DNA of 64,000 nt from Lama guanicoe. Its lineage: Eukaryota. The position numbers were made by a program, and so were the translations under genes. Below are positions 24,909 to 37,671 of the stretch, in pieces (positions within the stretch are counted from its first letter, which is position 1; each line of letters begins with the position of its first letter). Below the pieces are notes generated by a model. That model searched no databases, had not been told where the DNA came from, and saw only the letters and a program-made list of their open reading frames with translations. The DNA lies in assembly GCA_013239625.1 (NCBI GenBank), contig MU054001.1:5319078-5383077 (forward strand), read 5' to 3'.

Positions 24909-26047
24909 CCTTTGGGGGAAAGAGCCCTGCCAAGTGTGAACAGGATCTCCTAGCTAAAGGAGGAGCTGGAGTCCTCTGGCCTGTCCATCACTGCAGCCCT
25001 GGAGGTAGCAATGAGAAGCCCCGGGGTCTGCAGGCTGGTTATCTGTTTGGATGGTCCAAATGACTTATTATACCAGCTCCTGGCAAGGGAGTAAAAACAA
25101 AGAAGATAAAAAAATAAAAAATCACAACATCGATTTTTCCAGCACGTGAAACCAGCAATGTTATTTCCAGATCCATCCTTTCTGAAATGAAATGAAATAA
25201 AGTTTAGCTCAGTTTGCCAATTTGCTACAAACCATCTCTGCCCGACTTCCTGCTTTGTAGTGAAGGGGCTTCTGGAGGATGTTTTTTCCAGGGAAGTGGT
25301 ATTGCATTAGGAGAAGTGTGGGCTTTTGATGACGTTCCAGGATTTTAAGAGCTTTTCAACCCAATGAAGTATCAATTTACAAGTGTGTTTTCCATAACCA
25401 TTAGGTGGATGTTTTCACAAATGGAGGCTGTGGTGACAGCGTCCTCCCAGAGTGAGTTATATCTGCAGGACTCCACTCTCTCACTCAGAATACAGTCCCT
25501 GGGGAGGGTGAACTGTCTCCCTGTCTTGAGGTACACTTTTGAAAAACCAGAAGCATATTTCTCTTTTACTTCAATTATAAGATTTTTTTCTTTCCTTCAA
25601 AAACAATAAATGTTCCAGTTATTTCAGGTGAGAAAACATAATCTTGAGACTGCCTTAAGGAAAGGTATTTTCCAAGCCCAAACTGGCCCAGGTAAAGGAC
25701 TAATAAAAGCCTGTGGAGGGACCAGGCAGGGGCAGGCAGGAGTAATAAGTGACCTGTCAGTCATCCCAAACAGGCAGAGCCAATCAGATGGGCTGGGGGA
25801 AGATCACACACGGTGAACAGCCTGGGAGTGCAGAGGGGTTAATAAAAATCAGTTATATATCCCTGGGTAATTACCCTCACACTGTCCAGGACTTCACTCT
25901 GTCCCTAAGATCCCTGACAACTGAAAGGTCAGGACCATGGTTCCCAGGGAGAGGAAACAAAGATGGCCAAGGGATCAGTCTTTTATCGAAAGCCATCGTC
26001 CAAGACTTGAGCTGTTCCAGGTGGTCTGAGTTGTTCAGGAAGTTCTA

Positions 26048-26930
26048 GGCCAATAGACAGATGAAAAAATGCTCAATATCACTAATTATTAGAGAAATGT
26101 AAATTAAAATGACAATGAGGTATCACCTTACTCCAGTCAGAATGGCCATCATTAAAAAGTCTACAAATATTAAATGCTGGAGAAGGTGTAGAAAAAAAGG
26201 AACCCTCCTAAACTGTTGATCAGAATGTAAATTGGTGCAGCCACTATGAAGGACAGTATGGAGGTTCCTCAAAAAAACTAAAAATAGACTTACCATGTGA
26301 TCCAGAAATCCCACTCCTGGACATATATCCAAAGAAAACTCTAATTCAAAAAGATGCATGCACCCCAATGTGCATAGCAGCACTATTTACAATTGCCAAG
26401 ACATGGAAATTACCTAAATGTCCATCGACAGATGAATGAATAAAGAAGATGTGGTACACATACATACAATGAAATACTACTCATCCATAAAATATGAAAT
26501 AATGCCATTTGAAGCAACATGGATTGATCTAGAGATTATCATATTAAGTGAAGTAACACAGACAAAGACAAATAATATATGATATCACTTATATATGAAA
26601 TCTTTAAAAAATGACACAAATGAACTTATTTACAAAACAGAAATAGACTCACAGACATAGAAAACAAGCTATGGTTACCAAAGTTGAAAGGGGTGGGGGA
26701 GAGGGATAAATTGGGAGTTTGGGATTAACATATACATATTACTATATACAAAATAGATAAACAACAAGGACCTACTATAGAGCACAGGGAAGCGTATTCA
26801 ATATCTTGTAATAACTCATAATGGAAAAGAATCTGAAAAAGAATTTATATGTATATGTATAATTGAGTAACTTTGCTATTCACCTAAAACTAACATAACG
26901 TTGCAAATCAACTATACTTCAATTTAAAAC
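26048..26930 (+). mobile_element. 5'-truncated L1 (ORF2 C-terminus and 3' UTR)
   Basis: 'aaatgctcaatatcactaattattagagaaatg...caaatcaactatacttcaat' plus A tail. Confidence 0.92.
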
Positions 26931-26941
26931 AAAAAAGATTT

Positions 26942-28242
26942 TACACCATACACAAAAATAAGCTCAAAATGGATCAAAGACTTAAACATAAGACAAGATA
27001 CAATAAACCTCCTATAAGAAAATATAGGCAAAACATTATCTGACATACATCTCAAGAATGTTCTCTTAGGGCAGTCTACCCAAGCAATAGGAATAAAAGC
27101 AAGAATAAACAAATGGGACCTAATTAAATTTACAAGCTTCTGCACAGCAAAGAAACTAGAAGTAAAACAAAATGACAACCTACAGAATGGGAAAAAATTT
27201 TTGCAAACAATGAAACTGACAAAGGTTTGATCTCTAGAATATATAAGCAGCTCATACAACTTAATAAGAAAAAAACAAACAACCCAATCCAAAAATGGGC
27301 AGAAGACCTAAACAAGCAATTCTCCAAGGAAGAAATACAAATGATCAATAGGCACATGAACAAATGCTCAATATCACTAATTATCAGAGAAATGCAAATC
27401 AAAACTACAATGAGATATCACCTCACACCAGTCAGAATGGTCACCATTCAAAAGTCCACAAATGACAAATGCTGGAGAGGCTGTGAAGAAAAGGGAACCC
27501 TCCTATACTGCTGGTGGGAATGCAAGGTGGGAATGTGGTGCAGCCAATGTGGAAAACAGTATGGAGATTCCTCAAAAGATTAGGAATAGACTTACCATAT
27601 GACCCAGGAATCCCGCTCCTGAGCACATATCCAGAAGGAACCCTACTTCAAAAAAGACATCTGCACCTCAATGTTCCTAGCAGCACTAATTACAATAGCC
27701 AAGACATGGAAAGAGCCTAAATGTCCATCAACAGATGACTGAGTAAAGAAGAAGTGGTATACTTATACAATGGAATACTACTCAGCCATAAAAACCAGAC
27801 AACATAATGCCATTTGCAGCAACATGGATGTTCCTGGAGAATGTCATTCTAAGTGAAGTAAACCAGAAAGAGAAAGAAAAATACCAGATGAGATCGCTCA
27901 TTTGTGGATTTTTTTTTTAAAAAAAAAAAGAACAACGTAAATACAAAACAGAAACAGACTCATAGACATAGAATACAAACTTGTGGTTGCCAAGAGGGCA
28001 GGGGGTGGGAAGGGACAGACTAGGATGTCAAAATTTGTAGATATTGACAGGCATATATAGAATAGATAAACAAGATTATACAGTATAGCACAGGGAAATA
28101 TATACAAGATCTTGTGGTAGCTCACAGTGAAAAAAATGTGACAATGAATATACATATGTTCATGTATAACTGAAAAATTGTGCTCTACCCTGGAATTTGA
28201 CACAACATTGCAAAATGACTATAACTCAAAAAAAAAAAAAAA
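26942..28242 (+). mobile_element. Younger 5'-truncated L1 inserted in the tail of the preceding L1
   Basis: ORF2p C-terminal remnants (ORF 27227-27583 '[18 protein letters not shown]...[20 protein letters not shown]'); pure poly(A); TSD aaaaaagattt at 26931-26941 and 28237-28247. Confidence 0.93.
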
Positions 28243-28914
28243 GATTTGAGACCTGGGTCTGGTAGGAAGTCCAGAGTGGCTTTAACAAGGCCAACAGCTG
28301 AATTCAGTCTTTCCAAACTGGTTCCCACTTATTCTTCAAAGTCTGATTGGAGTGCCCTTGCCTGTGTGAAACCATCCTCAACCTTCTTGACAGAATTTGC
28401 CAGTGCTCTCAGAACACTTCACACATACCCCCAAGTGAACACCCTCCAGCACCCAGTACTGGAATGATCTGCCTGGGTGCTCATCTCCAGCACCTGCAGC
28501 AATGCCTTTCTCCTTAGAAAGGCTGGTCAATTGCATGACAAAAGGGATTCCAGGGAAACCCTTTCAGGACATAATGACAATGGTTTGTCAAAAACTCTGG
28601 CTTGAGTTCGTTATAATGTGGTTAGTAGTTGGGAAGATTTTGGAAGAAAACTAAAGGCCTGTTTAAGTAAATTACGGTACATCCATTCACTAAGCTTTTA
28701 TGCAGCCATTAACAATGATTTAGCAGATGTATATTTATGGCTTTGAAAAGATGCTTGTGATGTGCGAGTAAACAGGAAAGAGCAGGCTACAAAATTGTTC
28801 CCATAACATGACCCCACTTTGACTGAGGGAAAAAGCTTGTGTCTAGCACACACACAGTCTTGGGTAACATCAAAAGAGGGAACCTCAGGAGCTACATTGA
28901 AGTATCAGATTTCA

Positions 28915-29040
28915 GAAGAACATTGACAAGATGATCATCTGGAAGAGGGTGATTAAAATGGAGAGGAATCCAAAACCATGTCGTTTGAGTAAGGATTGAA
29001 AGAACTCAGCATTTTCTTAATTGGGATGAAAAGACTCAGA
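28915..29040 (+). mobile_element. L3/CR1 fragment
   Basis: 'aaaaccatgtcgtttgagtaaggattgaaagaactcagcattt...aaaagactcaga'. Confidence 0.5.
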
Positions 29041-29209
29041 CTTGGGCTGAAGGAGGCAGAGCCAATGAGAACACTCAGTGTGAGCTGAAATCTCTTAAGG
29101 TACGGAGCGGGGGGTGGCTAATGTTGGAGGGAACAGGATCAAGTAAGCCACGTGAACAAGATGTCCTTTGAACTTGGCTCTAAACTCCCAAGCTTCCACT
29201 ATTGCAGCC

Positions 29210-29510
29210 CAACCTCACAATTTTGGCATTTCCTTGTACTACCTGTATGACGGTTTACTTAATGTTCTTCTTTTAAACTGTCTTGTTTTGAAATAAATTT
29301 GTTCCAAAAGATAACCTTGTCTCACTAATTATATGGAAAAACCAACATTGCCACTGCAAAGAAGATAGTCATAAAGATACAGTTTTAAACACTCCAGAGT
29401 TGTTAAATCCCAGTTCAGTGTTGGGGACTGAAAGCGGTGCACCTAAGATCTGTTTCTTCTTAGTTATAAAGGAGAGAGTAACAAGTATTATAAAGGTGTT
29501 AGAGACACAC
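29210..29510. mobile_element. hAT-Charlie remnant (MER113-like)
   Basis: 'gtactacctgtatgacggtttacttaatg...atggaaaaaccaacattgcca...aacaagtattataaaggtgttagagacac'. Confidence 0.5.
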
Positions 29511-29906
29511 TCATCCCTTCTCCCCACCACCCCTCACGAGGAACTCTGTCCTGGCCAGAGAAGTGTGAGAGGAACCAGCTTCCCTTCCCACCAGGAATCC
29601 GGTGTGATGGACCACCGCATCCCAGTGGGCAGAGGAGAGCAGGAAGGCCTCCAGGACTTCAGTGGCAAAGTCCTGGAGAAGAGCGTGGCAAAGGTGGCGG
29701 GGGGGGTGCCGCAGGCGCCCCAGAGGAACGAAGCACACATTGCTCATTTTAATCTCGTTACACTGTTCTGATGGTTGTGGCATGGGACTATATTAACCAT
29801 TCAAAACAAAAGCAAAAACATATATAGAAGACTTTTTAAAAATTATCCTGCACACTCATACGCATACATACATAATCCCTTGGACAGCAACATTTGAAAC
29901 AAACAA

Positions 29907-30120
29907 GCAGTCCAGACATGGTACAGAGCAAAGGCCTTGGAGTTAAGCTGCCTGGGGTTGACCACAGCCCGTCCACTTACTTTATTTTGAGTAGATATCT
30001 TAACCTTCCCAAACCTTGTTGTCCTAATCTGTATAAAGGGGATGTGATTCCCCACTCCTGGGCTTTGGGGCATATTAGTAAGATGATCAGTCCTTCATAT
30101 GCATTCAATAAATCATTGTG
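29907..30120 (+). mobile_element. MIR
   Basis: 'agagcaaaggccttggagttaagctgcctgggg...cttaaccttcccaaacct...aatctgtataaaggggat'. Confidence 0.6.
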
Positions 30121-31499
30121 TCACTACTTCCACACTTATCTCTGTGGTCCTTTGCTTATTTCAAGTGCATCTCTATCTGTATCTTTGCCTATCTATCTCT
30201 GTCACTCTCACTCCCTTCCATTCTAAAATAAAACTGAAGCATATTTTGTGTCATTTATTATGTGTAGTTAATAGATTGTTATTTTCCCTGCTCTTAATTT
30301 CAATAAGCTAACAAGGAGAATGTCCCCATTTCTAGAAGCAAATAAGCTGGCTACATTAAATTGCTTTTTACTTCCTTGGGCTTCCAATTGATTTCAGGAG
30401 TGTGAGTCAGTGACTTTTAATAGCAAAAGAGTTCCCCAGTTCTGGTGCAGACTGTGGGTCTGTTCATGAACAGATACTAAAGCCACGGACGCATGCGCGC
30501 ACGCACACATGCGCATACACACATATACAGTGTGTATACTGGCAAGAGAGAGCCTTTCTCATTAAGCATCCTCCAAATCACCATGGTGGATAAAGAGCCC
30601 TGGTGAGAATGAAATGTTTCTGTTGAGTTTCGTTTCTTTGAATATTTCTGCCACAGCTCTTAACAGAAGTCAGTAAATCTCAGCTTAACTACTGCTATTG
30701 ATTGGGAAGGGCACCAACAAAGGTGCAAACGAGTTTTGCTGGCTCCTGAAGTGTCCATTACAGACAGCCTTAAAGACATGACGTCTTTGTTTTCTAGTCT
30801 GCAGACTCGCGCACACAGTTCCATCACCTCCGCCCCTCCATCATCCAGGGCGGTTTCTAAAGATAGACAGAAGGTTCCTGCAGGACACTCGTTTTTCACT
30901 CATTAACGGTGATCAGTAAACCCTGTGGTGTTCATTAAAATGTTTCTCTGCTGCTCAGAAACAACATTTTTTTTCTTTGAAAGCCGACTTAAGCTGCTGT
31001 GAGGTCAAAGAAATATACAACAATTATGAAGAAGGTAATCTCCACGGTACTTTTTTATTTTGAGTATATCCTGGGGCCAGGCAAGCAGTTGTGATATATT
31101 TCCACCCAGACCCTTAAGCCTCATTTGAATATCTACTGGGGTTGTGCTTAGCTACGATGGGGCCATGCAAATATGTGGCAGAGTAAAGAGCCCAAAAGTG
31201 ACAGCCCTCCACACAGAGGAGCCAGCCACTTCTGACCCTACCTGGGTTTGCTTTTATGACTTTCATATCCTTGAAGCCATTTAAAAGAAGATGAAATATG
31301 ACAGGTGCTGGGGTTGGCAAAAGCAGCAGGTTGATTGCATTCTGGGCTGCCAGTAGGAAACCCCTCCTGGAATGTAGTCAGCACATTTAAAAGTGTGCAG
31401 TTCATTGCTGTCCTCTGCACTTCTCCCCTGACCTGCAGAGCAAACCTGGCTTGGCATGTAGGCAGATGGGGCTGTTTTCTGCTAGCCAGCTTCTCTGCT

Positions 31500-31945
31500 A
31501 TGTATGTCTCTATCCCCCAGTCTCAGTGCATGGGGTTCAGGCAAGCCTGACTAGCCCCCATTCCTCAGCATCTGGGGTCAGGCATGTGGCCAAGGCTAGC
31601 CAATCAGAGCACATCTCCTGGTCAGAGTGATTGCTTCAGAGGCAGTCATGTGACTTACTCTGGGCCAATGAGAGCCTTCCCTAGGGCTTTTGAAGGAATA
31701 TGAGAAACAGCTTCTCTCCTTCCACTGTGGTTATAATCTGGCTTGAGGTAAGCCTGGAGCCACCATGTGGGGAGATCCTGCATCGTGGAGGAATCCAACA
31801 TTAAGAACAGCTGAGATCAGAGATGCAGACAACTCCAAGGACGTGCAGCCTTGCCTGAAGCTACTCTTGACCGTTTTTGTTAAACTAAAGCAATACATTC
31901 CTTTTGATGAAGCCATATTGACTTGGTTCTCTGACACAATCAAAC
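31500..31945 (+). mobile_element. MaLR LTR (MLT1K-like)
   Basis: 'ggcatgtggccaaggctagccaatcagagc...catgtgacttactctgggccaatgagagcc...gcctgaagc...aatacattcctttt'. Confidence 0.7.
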
Positions 31946-32337
31946 TAAAGGAGTTGCGTTTTTGCCATGACTGGAATTTCACAGAGAACATTCCCTGCCT
32001 GTTATACTTTCCCCACCCACTCCCTAAAACCAAAGCCTACTCCAGAGTTTGTCACTCCCTTCCTGCCTCTCCCAAGAGCAGCTCCTTAAAATATCATTTG
32101 CACATAAATCCTCAGCCCAGAGTCTGCTTTTTTTGGGCCCCAAAATAAGAATGTGAGGATTAAATGAAATGATCAGTAGAAAGTATTTAACACAGTACTT
32201 GACTGCTAATATATGCTCTACAAACATTGAATGTTATTCTTATTCTTGCTGCTGTTGTTGTCATTGTTATGTTAATAGAAGAGTTTGAACCAGGATACAA
32301 CGTCCTGACAGCTAGTCCTGTACTCTTTGAACTATGC

Positions 32338-32615
32338 CAGTGTTTCCCAAAATGTCAAACATATACCACAGCTGATCCACAAATTGATTTTAATTGTAAG
32401 CCATTTTAATCATTTTTAAAGTTTTGTAGTTATGGTAAGTAAGTGCTTTTTTCTATTTATGGTAGTGGTCATAAAGTCTCTTTCTAAACTAAATGTCTTT
32501 GGGTAATAAATATGAGCCATTTTTTTTAAGCAAGTAAAGGATATCCCAAACTATATGAAGTTATGGCAAAGATTGCAGAGTTGGCATACTAAACAGAAAA
32601 CTCTGAGCCACCCAC
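32338..32615. mobile_element. hAT-Charlie MITE (MER112/113-like)
   Basis: Starts with the Charlie TIR 'cagtgtttcccaaa'; AT-rich interior related to 58690-58910. Confidence 0.5.
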
Positions 32616-33404
32616 ACCTCCCACCAGCCCAAATCTTCCATGCAAATGGCTTTTACGGTCACAGCTAAGGTGTCACAGGACCTGGCAGAAATGAGCAGTG
32701 AGCCAGGGCTCCCACCGTGGCCATTACTATGCACCTTACATGCTGCTGCCAGGCTCTGCAGTCACTGGAGGGAGGGAGGAGGATGAGCAATGGACAGAGA
32801 GAAGAAATGTGGCATCTGTGGGAGCTAGAAAGAAATGTAATTTGGGTTCCTCAGCCTGAAAGAAAGATAAATAAGAACAAAGTAAGTGAGAAATTGCAGC
32901 CTGTCATGCTTTCCAGGTGGGGTTGAGATGCCCCAACACGAGTCTGGCCCCAGAGAGACTCACCGAGGATGCTCTTCCTTCCCAGCTTTCCCAGCCCTAC
33001 TCCTCCAGACACTGTTATGGTCCAGGTCCAGAGCCAGTCAAATCCCACCAAGTAACTAACCGTGTAACTTGAGGCCAGCCACATAACCTCTCTGAGCCTC
33101 CATGACCCCACTTGTAGAACAGGGAGAGTGATCCTCAGCCATAGCAGGCTGGCCAGCATCACAGGTGAAGTCATTTACAGAGCCTTTAGCACAAGTTATG
33201 GTCCAGGACGAGCATGTTCTGATGTCCAGTGTCTTCATTCCAGTCCCAACCAGGGCAGAACACCCAGTATCTCCCAGAGCTCACTAACAGAATCTAGGGA
33301 TTAACTGGCCTCTGCAGCCAGGGTCTGGTGCATTTCCTCCATATCTACCATGGTCTTTGGCCCAGCCTCAAGCTTCCCTCCAAGGAAATACACCATGTTC
33401 TTTA

Positions 33405-33830
33405 CATAAGGTGCTGTTGGTGCCCCCATTCAAATCCGCATCACTGGGCCAGTTACAAACCATGTATGCTGCATATTTGGGCTGCTGAGGGCTCACAGCT
33501 GCAACTTTCTCCAGAGAATTTCCCTGACTGATGGGAACCATCTTGCCCAGAGAATCCTGGGGTCCTGCAAGCAGTGACTGGCACGAGGATACAAAAGCCT
33601 GGTCACTGCGCCTCAAGACAATGTGATTCTATGGGACTATTTGTGCTCCAGGGCCTTCTGAGGAGTTGGGCTGAGCCTAGATGTCAGCTGAAACCACATT
33701 ATTGCTTCTTCCCCTGCCCTATCCTGCCTTCCTCACTGCATTACAAGTTCTTCTGAGCATAATCCCTCAGTGGATCACTTGCACAAAATTCCCATCCCAG
33801 GCTCTGGGATTGGGGAAGCTGATCAAAGAT
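33405..33830 (+). mobile_element. ERVL solo LTR (LTR16C-like)
   Basis: 'gatacaaaagcctggtc...cttcccctgccctatcctgccttcctcact...tcacttgcacaaaattcccatcccaggctctg'. Confidence 0.7.
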
Positions 33831-34059
33831 ACTTTTGTGCATTAGACAAGATGCTTCCAGCAGAAATAAGGATAAGCTAGCTTCTGCAGGAGCTAGCTCT
33901 GGCTGACATTTTCCCTAAATGAAGATAGTGTGACAGAGGATGTTGAGAGGTGAGGGGCCTGATTCACTCTGTCACATATTGCTGAGAAGCCGGAGTGCTG
34001 GGAGGGCAGGACCCCGGACAGCTCCAGGGATCCACCTAACCATGACAGCCTTTCTCAGG

Positions 34060-34550
34060 ACTCAACTTTGTAGAGCATGTAGGATAAAAACCAAGCCCTT
34101 TGCTGTGGCCATCAAGGCTTTGCATGATCCAGCCCTCACCTACTTCTCTAGACTCACAAATATCACTCTCGCCCTTGCTCACCATCTTCCATCCACACTG
34201 GCTTTCCTTCTGACCATACATAATGCCAAGTTTTGCCACCTGGGTACTTTCTGTCCCTCCTTTTGGGAATCTGCTTCCCCACTTCTTCCCATAAAAATGT
34301 TCTCCTTCAGGACTTAGCTTCAATGACCCTTCTCAGAGAAGCCTTCTCTGATTACCTAGTCATTCTTTGTCATACTCCTCTGTTTTATTTCTTTTAGAGA
34401 AGTTATTGTCTGAAATTATCTGTATATTTAGTTGCATCCTAATAAATCTATCTTTTAAAATTTATGTTGACCTAGAAAAAGTGATCTGAATCCCCAGTAC
34501 CTAGGACAACATCAGGCATTTAGTAGGTGCTCAATAAAATTTTACTAATA
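34060..34550 (+). mobile_element. L2 3' region
   Basis: 'ataaaaaccaagccctttgctgtggccatcaaggctttgcatgatc...cagagaagccttctctga...tagtaggtgctcaataaa'. Confidence 0.75.
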
Positions 34551-35429
34551 AAAGAACAATGATGCCTAAGCTTCTTAGTCTCTGTCCCAAGTGTAGTACT
34601 CCCAGCGAAGAGAACCTGATGGGTTCCGCCTGGTCACATATCCCCCTTCCCAGACCAGTTGGGGTCCTGTCATACAGATATGCCCACAGGAGGCTTCCCC
34701 TTGGAGAATGAGCACCAGTCCTAGAAAAGGAAGGTCCTACTCTGAGGTGCTGGCTGTACACAGCTGCTGCCACTCCCCACAGCCATGTCTTCTGCCATAA
34801 CCTTGCTCCATGGGCACTGGTCCCTTCCTCTCTGGCTGGAATGAAATAGTCCCTCTGGGTTGTGTGTGCTGGAACCTCAGCCCTGATCTCTGCAGCAGGA
34901 CCTTCCCTCCATGTCATTCATTCTTCCTCTCTCCAGTGACAGGGGAAGTGTAAACTCTCATCAGCTAACACAGACCAGCTAGATGACCACCAATGTTTAT
35001 CCTTCTCTTTCCTTCAATCACATTCACACACACCATCTCATCCAGTCCTTAAAAACTTCCTGTGAGGTGGGTAGTATAAAAATGCATCCCCTCTGGGACA
35101 CTAAGTTGCTCCCCTAAGGCAGGAGGCTGCCTGAGACTGAAGCCAACACAGATGAAAGCAGTCAAATGATGGGGAGACAGTGTCTGGAGGAACTGTCTGA
35201 AGCCCTGGTTCTTATGCCAATTCTATTCACTGACTGTTTAAACATATGCATATAAAACACCAGTTTAAGTTGCATTTCTGTTACTTTCAACTTGAAAAGC
35301 CCAGATGATGAGGGGGCTGTCAACCTGACATCCTGGAGCCCTACTCCCAAGGACACTCAGAATTTTAGAAAGAGCTTTTGATTCTGCCCTTCAAGTTCCA
35401 ACCGGGAGTCCTTAAGCAGGCAGGCCATA

Positions 35430-36075
35430 TACTAGAGTAAGAAAGGCAGGCAAATTCTGGCACAAGAATATCTGGGTTCAAATTCTTGTTCTTCTACTTA
35501 TTAGCTGTATGACCTTGAGAAACTTACTTAATGTCTCTGATTTCATTTCCTGTTCCAGGATAAGATAAGTTACCCTATGATAACAAACAATCCCAGAATC
35601 ACAGTGACTAAAAATAAAATTTACTTTGTGTTCACACTCCATGTCCATCATGGATTGCCTGGGGGTCCCGCTCCACATCATCCTCACTTTGGGACCTGAT
35701 TGACAGAGTACTTGGCATAAAGAGCACTGTCAGTTTCTGTGACAGAGGGAAAGGAACCAATCACCCCCTGGCTCTTCAAGCTTCCGCCTAGAAGAGATGC
35801 AAGACACTTCTGTTCACAGTTTTTTTTTAATCAAAGCAACTCACATGGCTATCGCTAATTTCAAAGTGGGCAGGAATAAGCAAACCCATCATATACTTGG
35901 AAAGAAAACCATAAAACCATCTGCTGAGCAGCACCAATAATCACCACAGTTCCCTCCTATGTAAATGTGGATAATTGTACCTACACTATATGTTTGTTCT
36001 AAGAATTAAATGAGTTAATCCGCACAAGGCACTTAAAACAGTCTGGCATGTAATAAGTACTCCATAGATGTTACC
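35430..36075 (+). mobile_element. MIR split by an MLT1 LTR
   Basis: 'ctgggttcaaattcttgttcttctacttattagctgtatgaccttgagaaacttactta' resumes as 'ctcctatgtaaatgtggataattgtacctac...gaattaaatgagttaat'. Confidence 0.8.
35551..35948 (-). mobile_element. MaLR solo LTR (MLT1J-like)
   Basis: tg...ca termini; near-TSD tttcc (35546-35550) / gttcc (35949-35953). Confidence 0.75.
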
Positions 36076-36554
36076 TATAGGTACTCACATGTGCCGTGAC
36101 CCCTGCCCCTGGGTCTCACCCTATATGAGAAGGGATTTGTACTGATGCTGCTGAGTGGCCTGCCTTCCAAAGAACTAGAAAAAAAGCATGTCCAGGTCAC
36201 AGCTTACTGCCAGGCATCAGCAGAAAGAGACACAAAGACCAATTAGTAACTCGACAGCAGACCGCGGGTTAGATTTGTAATCAGCCAGCACTAGCCCTTA
36301 AATCCTTCCAAATCTAGGGTAAAGAAGCAGAGGTTGACTGGCTATCTAAAAATGGGCAGTTCTTTGGGTTGTCCATGCTGTGTCTGCTTCTGAACCCCAA
36401 ATGCAATATGAGGATAGGACTCACAATGCAGATACAACTAAAACTTGTGGTGCCCCCGCCCCAACAGGGACACTTGCATTGTCTCCAACAAAACATTTCC
36501 TCATCTTGAGGGATACAGGTGATACAGGATTTTTATTTTTAAAAATCCCACATG

Positions 36555-36670
36555 GCAGGGAGGGTATAGCTCAGTGGTAGAATGTGTGCTTAGCATGCAA
36601 GAGGTCCCAGTTTCAATCCCCAGTACCTCAATTAAGGTAAATAAATAAACCTAATCCTCGCCCCAAAAAA
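36555..36670 (+). mobile_element. tRNA-Ala-derived SINE (camelid vic-1-like)
   Basis: 'gggtatagctcagtggtagaatgtgtgcttagcatgcaagaggtcccagtttcaatccccagtacctc' follows tRNA-Ala(AGC); A-rich tail; TSD aaaaatccc(a)catg at 36541-36554 and 36666-36678. Confidence 0.88.
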
Positions 36671-37000
36671 TCCCCATGTGTAACTTCAAAATAACATTAT
36701 CTCTAGGATTTACCCTAAGGGTATGGTCTCCAAGATTCAAAATGCTCATTGTTTGTGTCGCCAACAGCTGAACAGCCAACAAGAGTTACGTGTTTACATA
36801 AGGCATGGTGAGTATATTAAAAAGAAGGAGAATTAAATTAAAAATGTTAGAGAATTAGAAATTAAAGGTAGCCTGTAAAAGAATTAGAACTGTTGCTATG
36901 TCCATCAAAATAGATCGAATAGTTTTAAATGTACTAATATGTAGACTCCATGAAATATTCTTAAGTGAAAGGGTGAGATGCAGCATTGTATCTATATTAT

Positions 37001-37637
37001 TGACACAGGAGGGAAGGGGGCAGGGCACAGCCATTCAAAGAATGACACTGCAATTAACACCAAAATGGTAGAAGGTTCAACTCGCAGTTGGCCTTAAGGA
37101 TTAAGATGATGGGAGGATTGACTTCTAGTATACCTTGAGCTTCATTATATACTCATTGTAACATATTAGCGCAATCAATAACATGCCTGCAAGCACCATG
37201 ACAGTCCCAAGGCTAACCAAAAAAGGTCAAAGAGTGGGCAGTGGCCAAGTTCCTGGGAATCCCAGCGCCTTCCCCAGGGTAGTTGGAATGGTCCCACCTG
37301 TAGGCATGTGAAGCTACCGAGCCCATAAAAATTGGCAACACCATGTCTGGCTGCCCTTTTTTGCTCCCTCCTCTTTGGAGATGGACCGCACTCTGTCTAT
37401 GGAGTGTGCACCTACTTTTACTTTAACCTGAGAACCCAATTCCCACATCTCTTTCCTTGCCTTTCTCTTGCCTTGCACTCTATGCAGTATGTATCTCCCT
37501 AACTAAATCTACCTTTACTCAACTGTGGCTCGCACTTGAATTCTTTCCTGTATGAAGCCAAGGACCCACACCTGGTGGAGTGCGTCCCAGGGGCTCCACC
37601 AAGACCTGGGACATGGCCCTCCTTACACCCCACATCA
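37001..37637 (+). mobile_element. ERV1-class solo LTR, MER41-like, 637 bp
   Basis: tgac...atca termini; 4-bp TSD ttat (36997-37000 and 37638-37641); 'caccatgacagt', 'gcactctgtctatggagt' and 'cttgaattctttcctg..gaagccaagga' recall MER41-group LTRs. Confidence 0.8.
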
Positions 37638-37671
37638 TTATCACCCCATTTGTATACAGTTTAAGAATGCA

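Noticed and set aside
26924..27720. Several ORFs resembling real proteins
   Set aside because: Frameshifted pieces of L1 ORF2p C-terminus, or its antisense, in a 5'-truncated copy.
29400..29783. Overlapping ORFs in a GC-rich patch
   Set aside because: The 5' part is a DNA-transposon remnant; no recognisable protein homology or convincing splice sites.
36555..36630. tRNA-Ala gene (also 37672, 56689, 59007, 59833)
   Set aside because: Stem-breaking substitutions or deletions and A-rich tails, most with TSDs, identify them as SINE copies.
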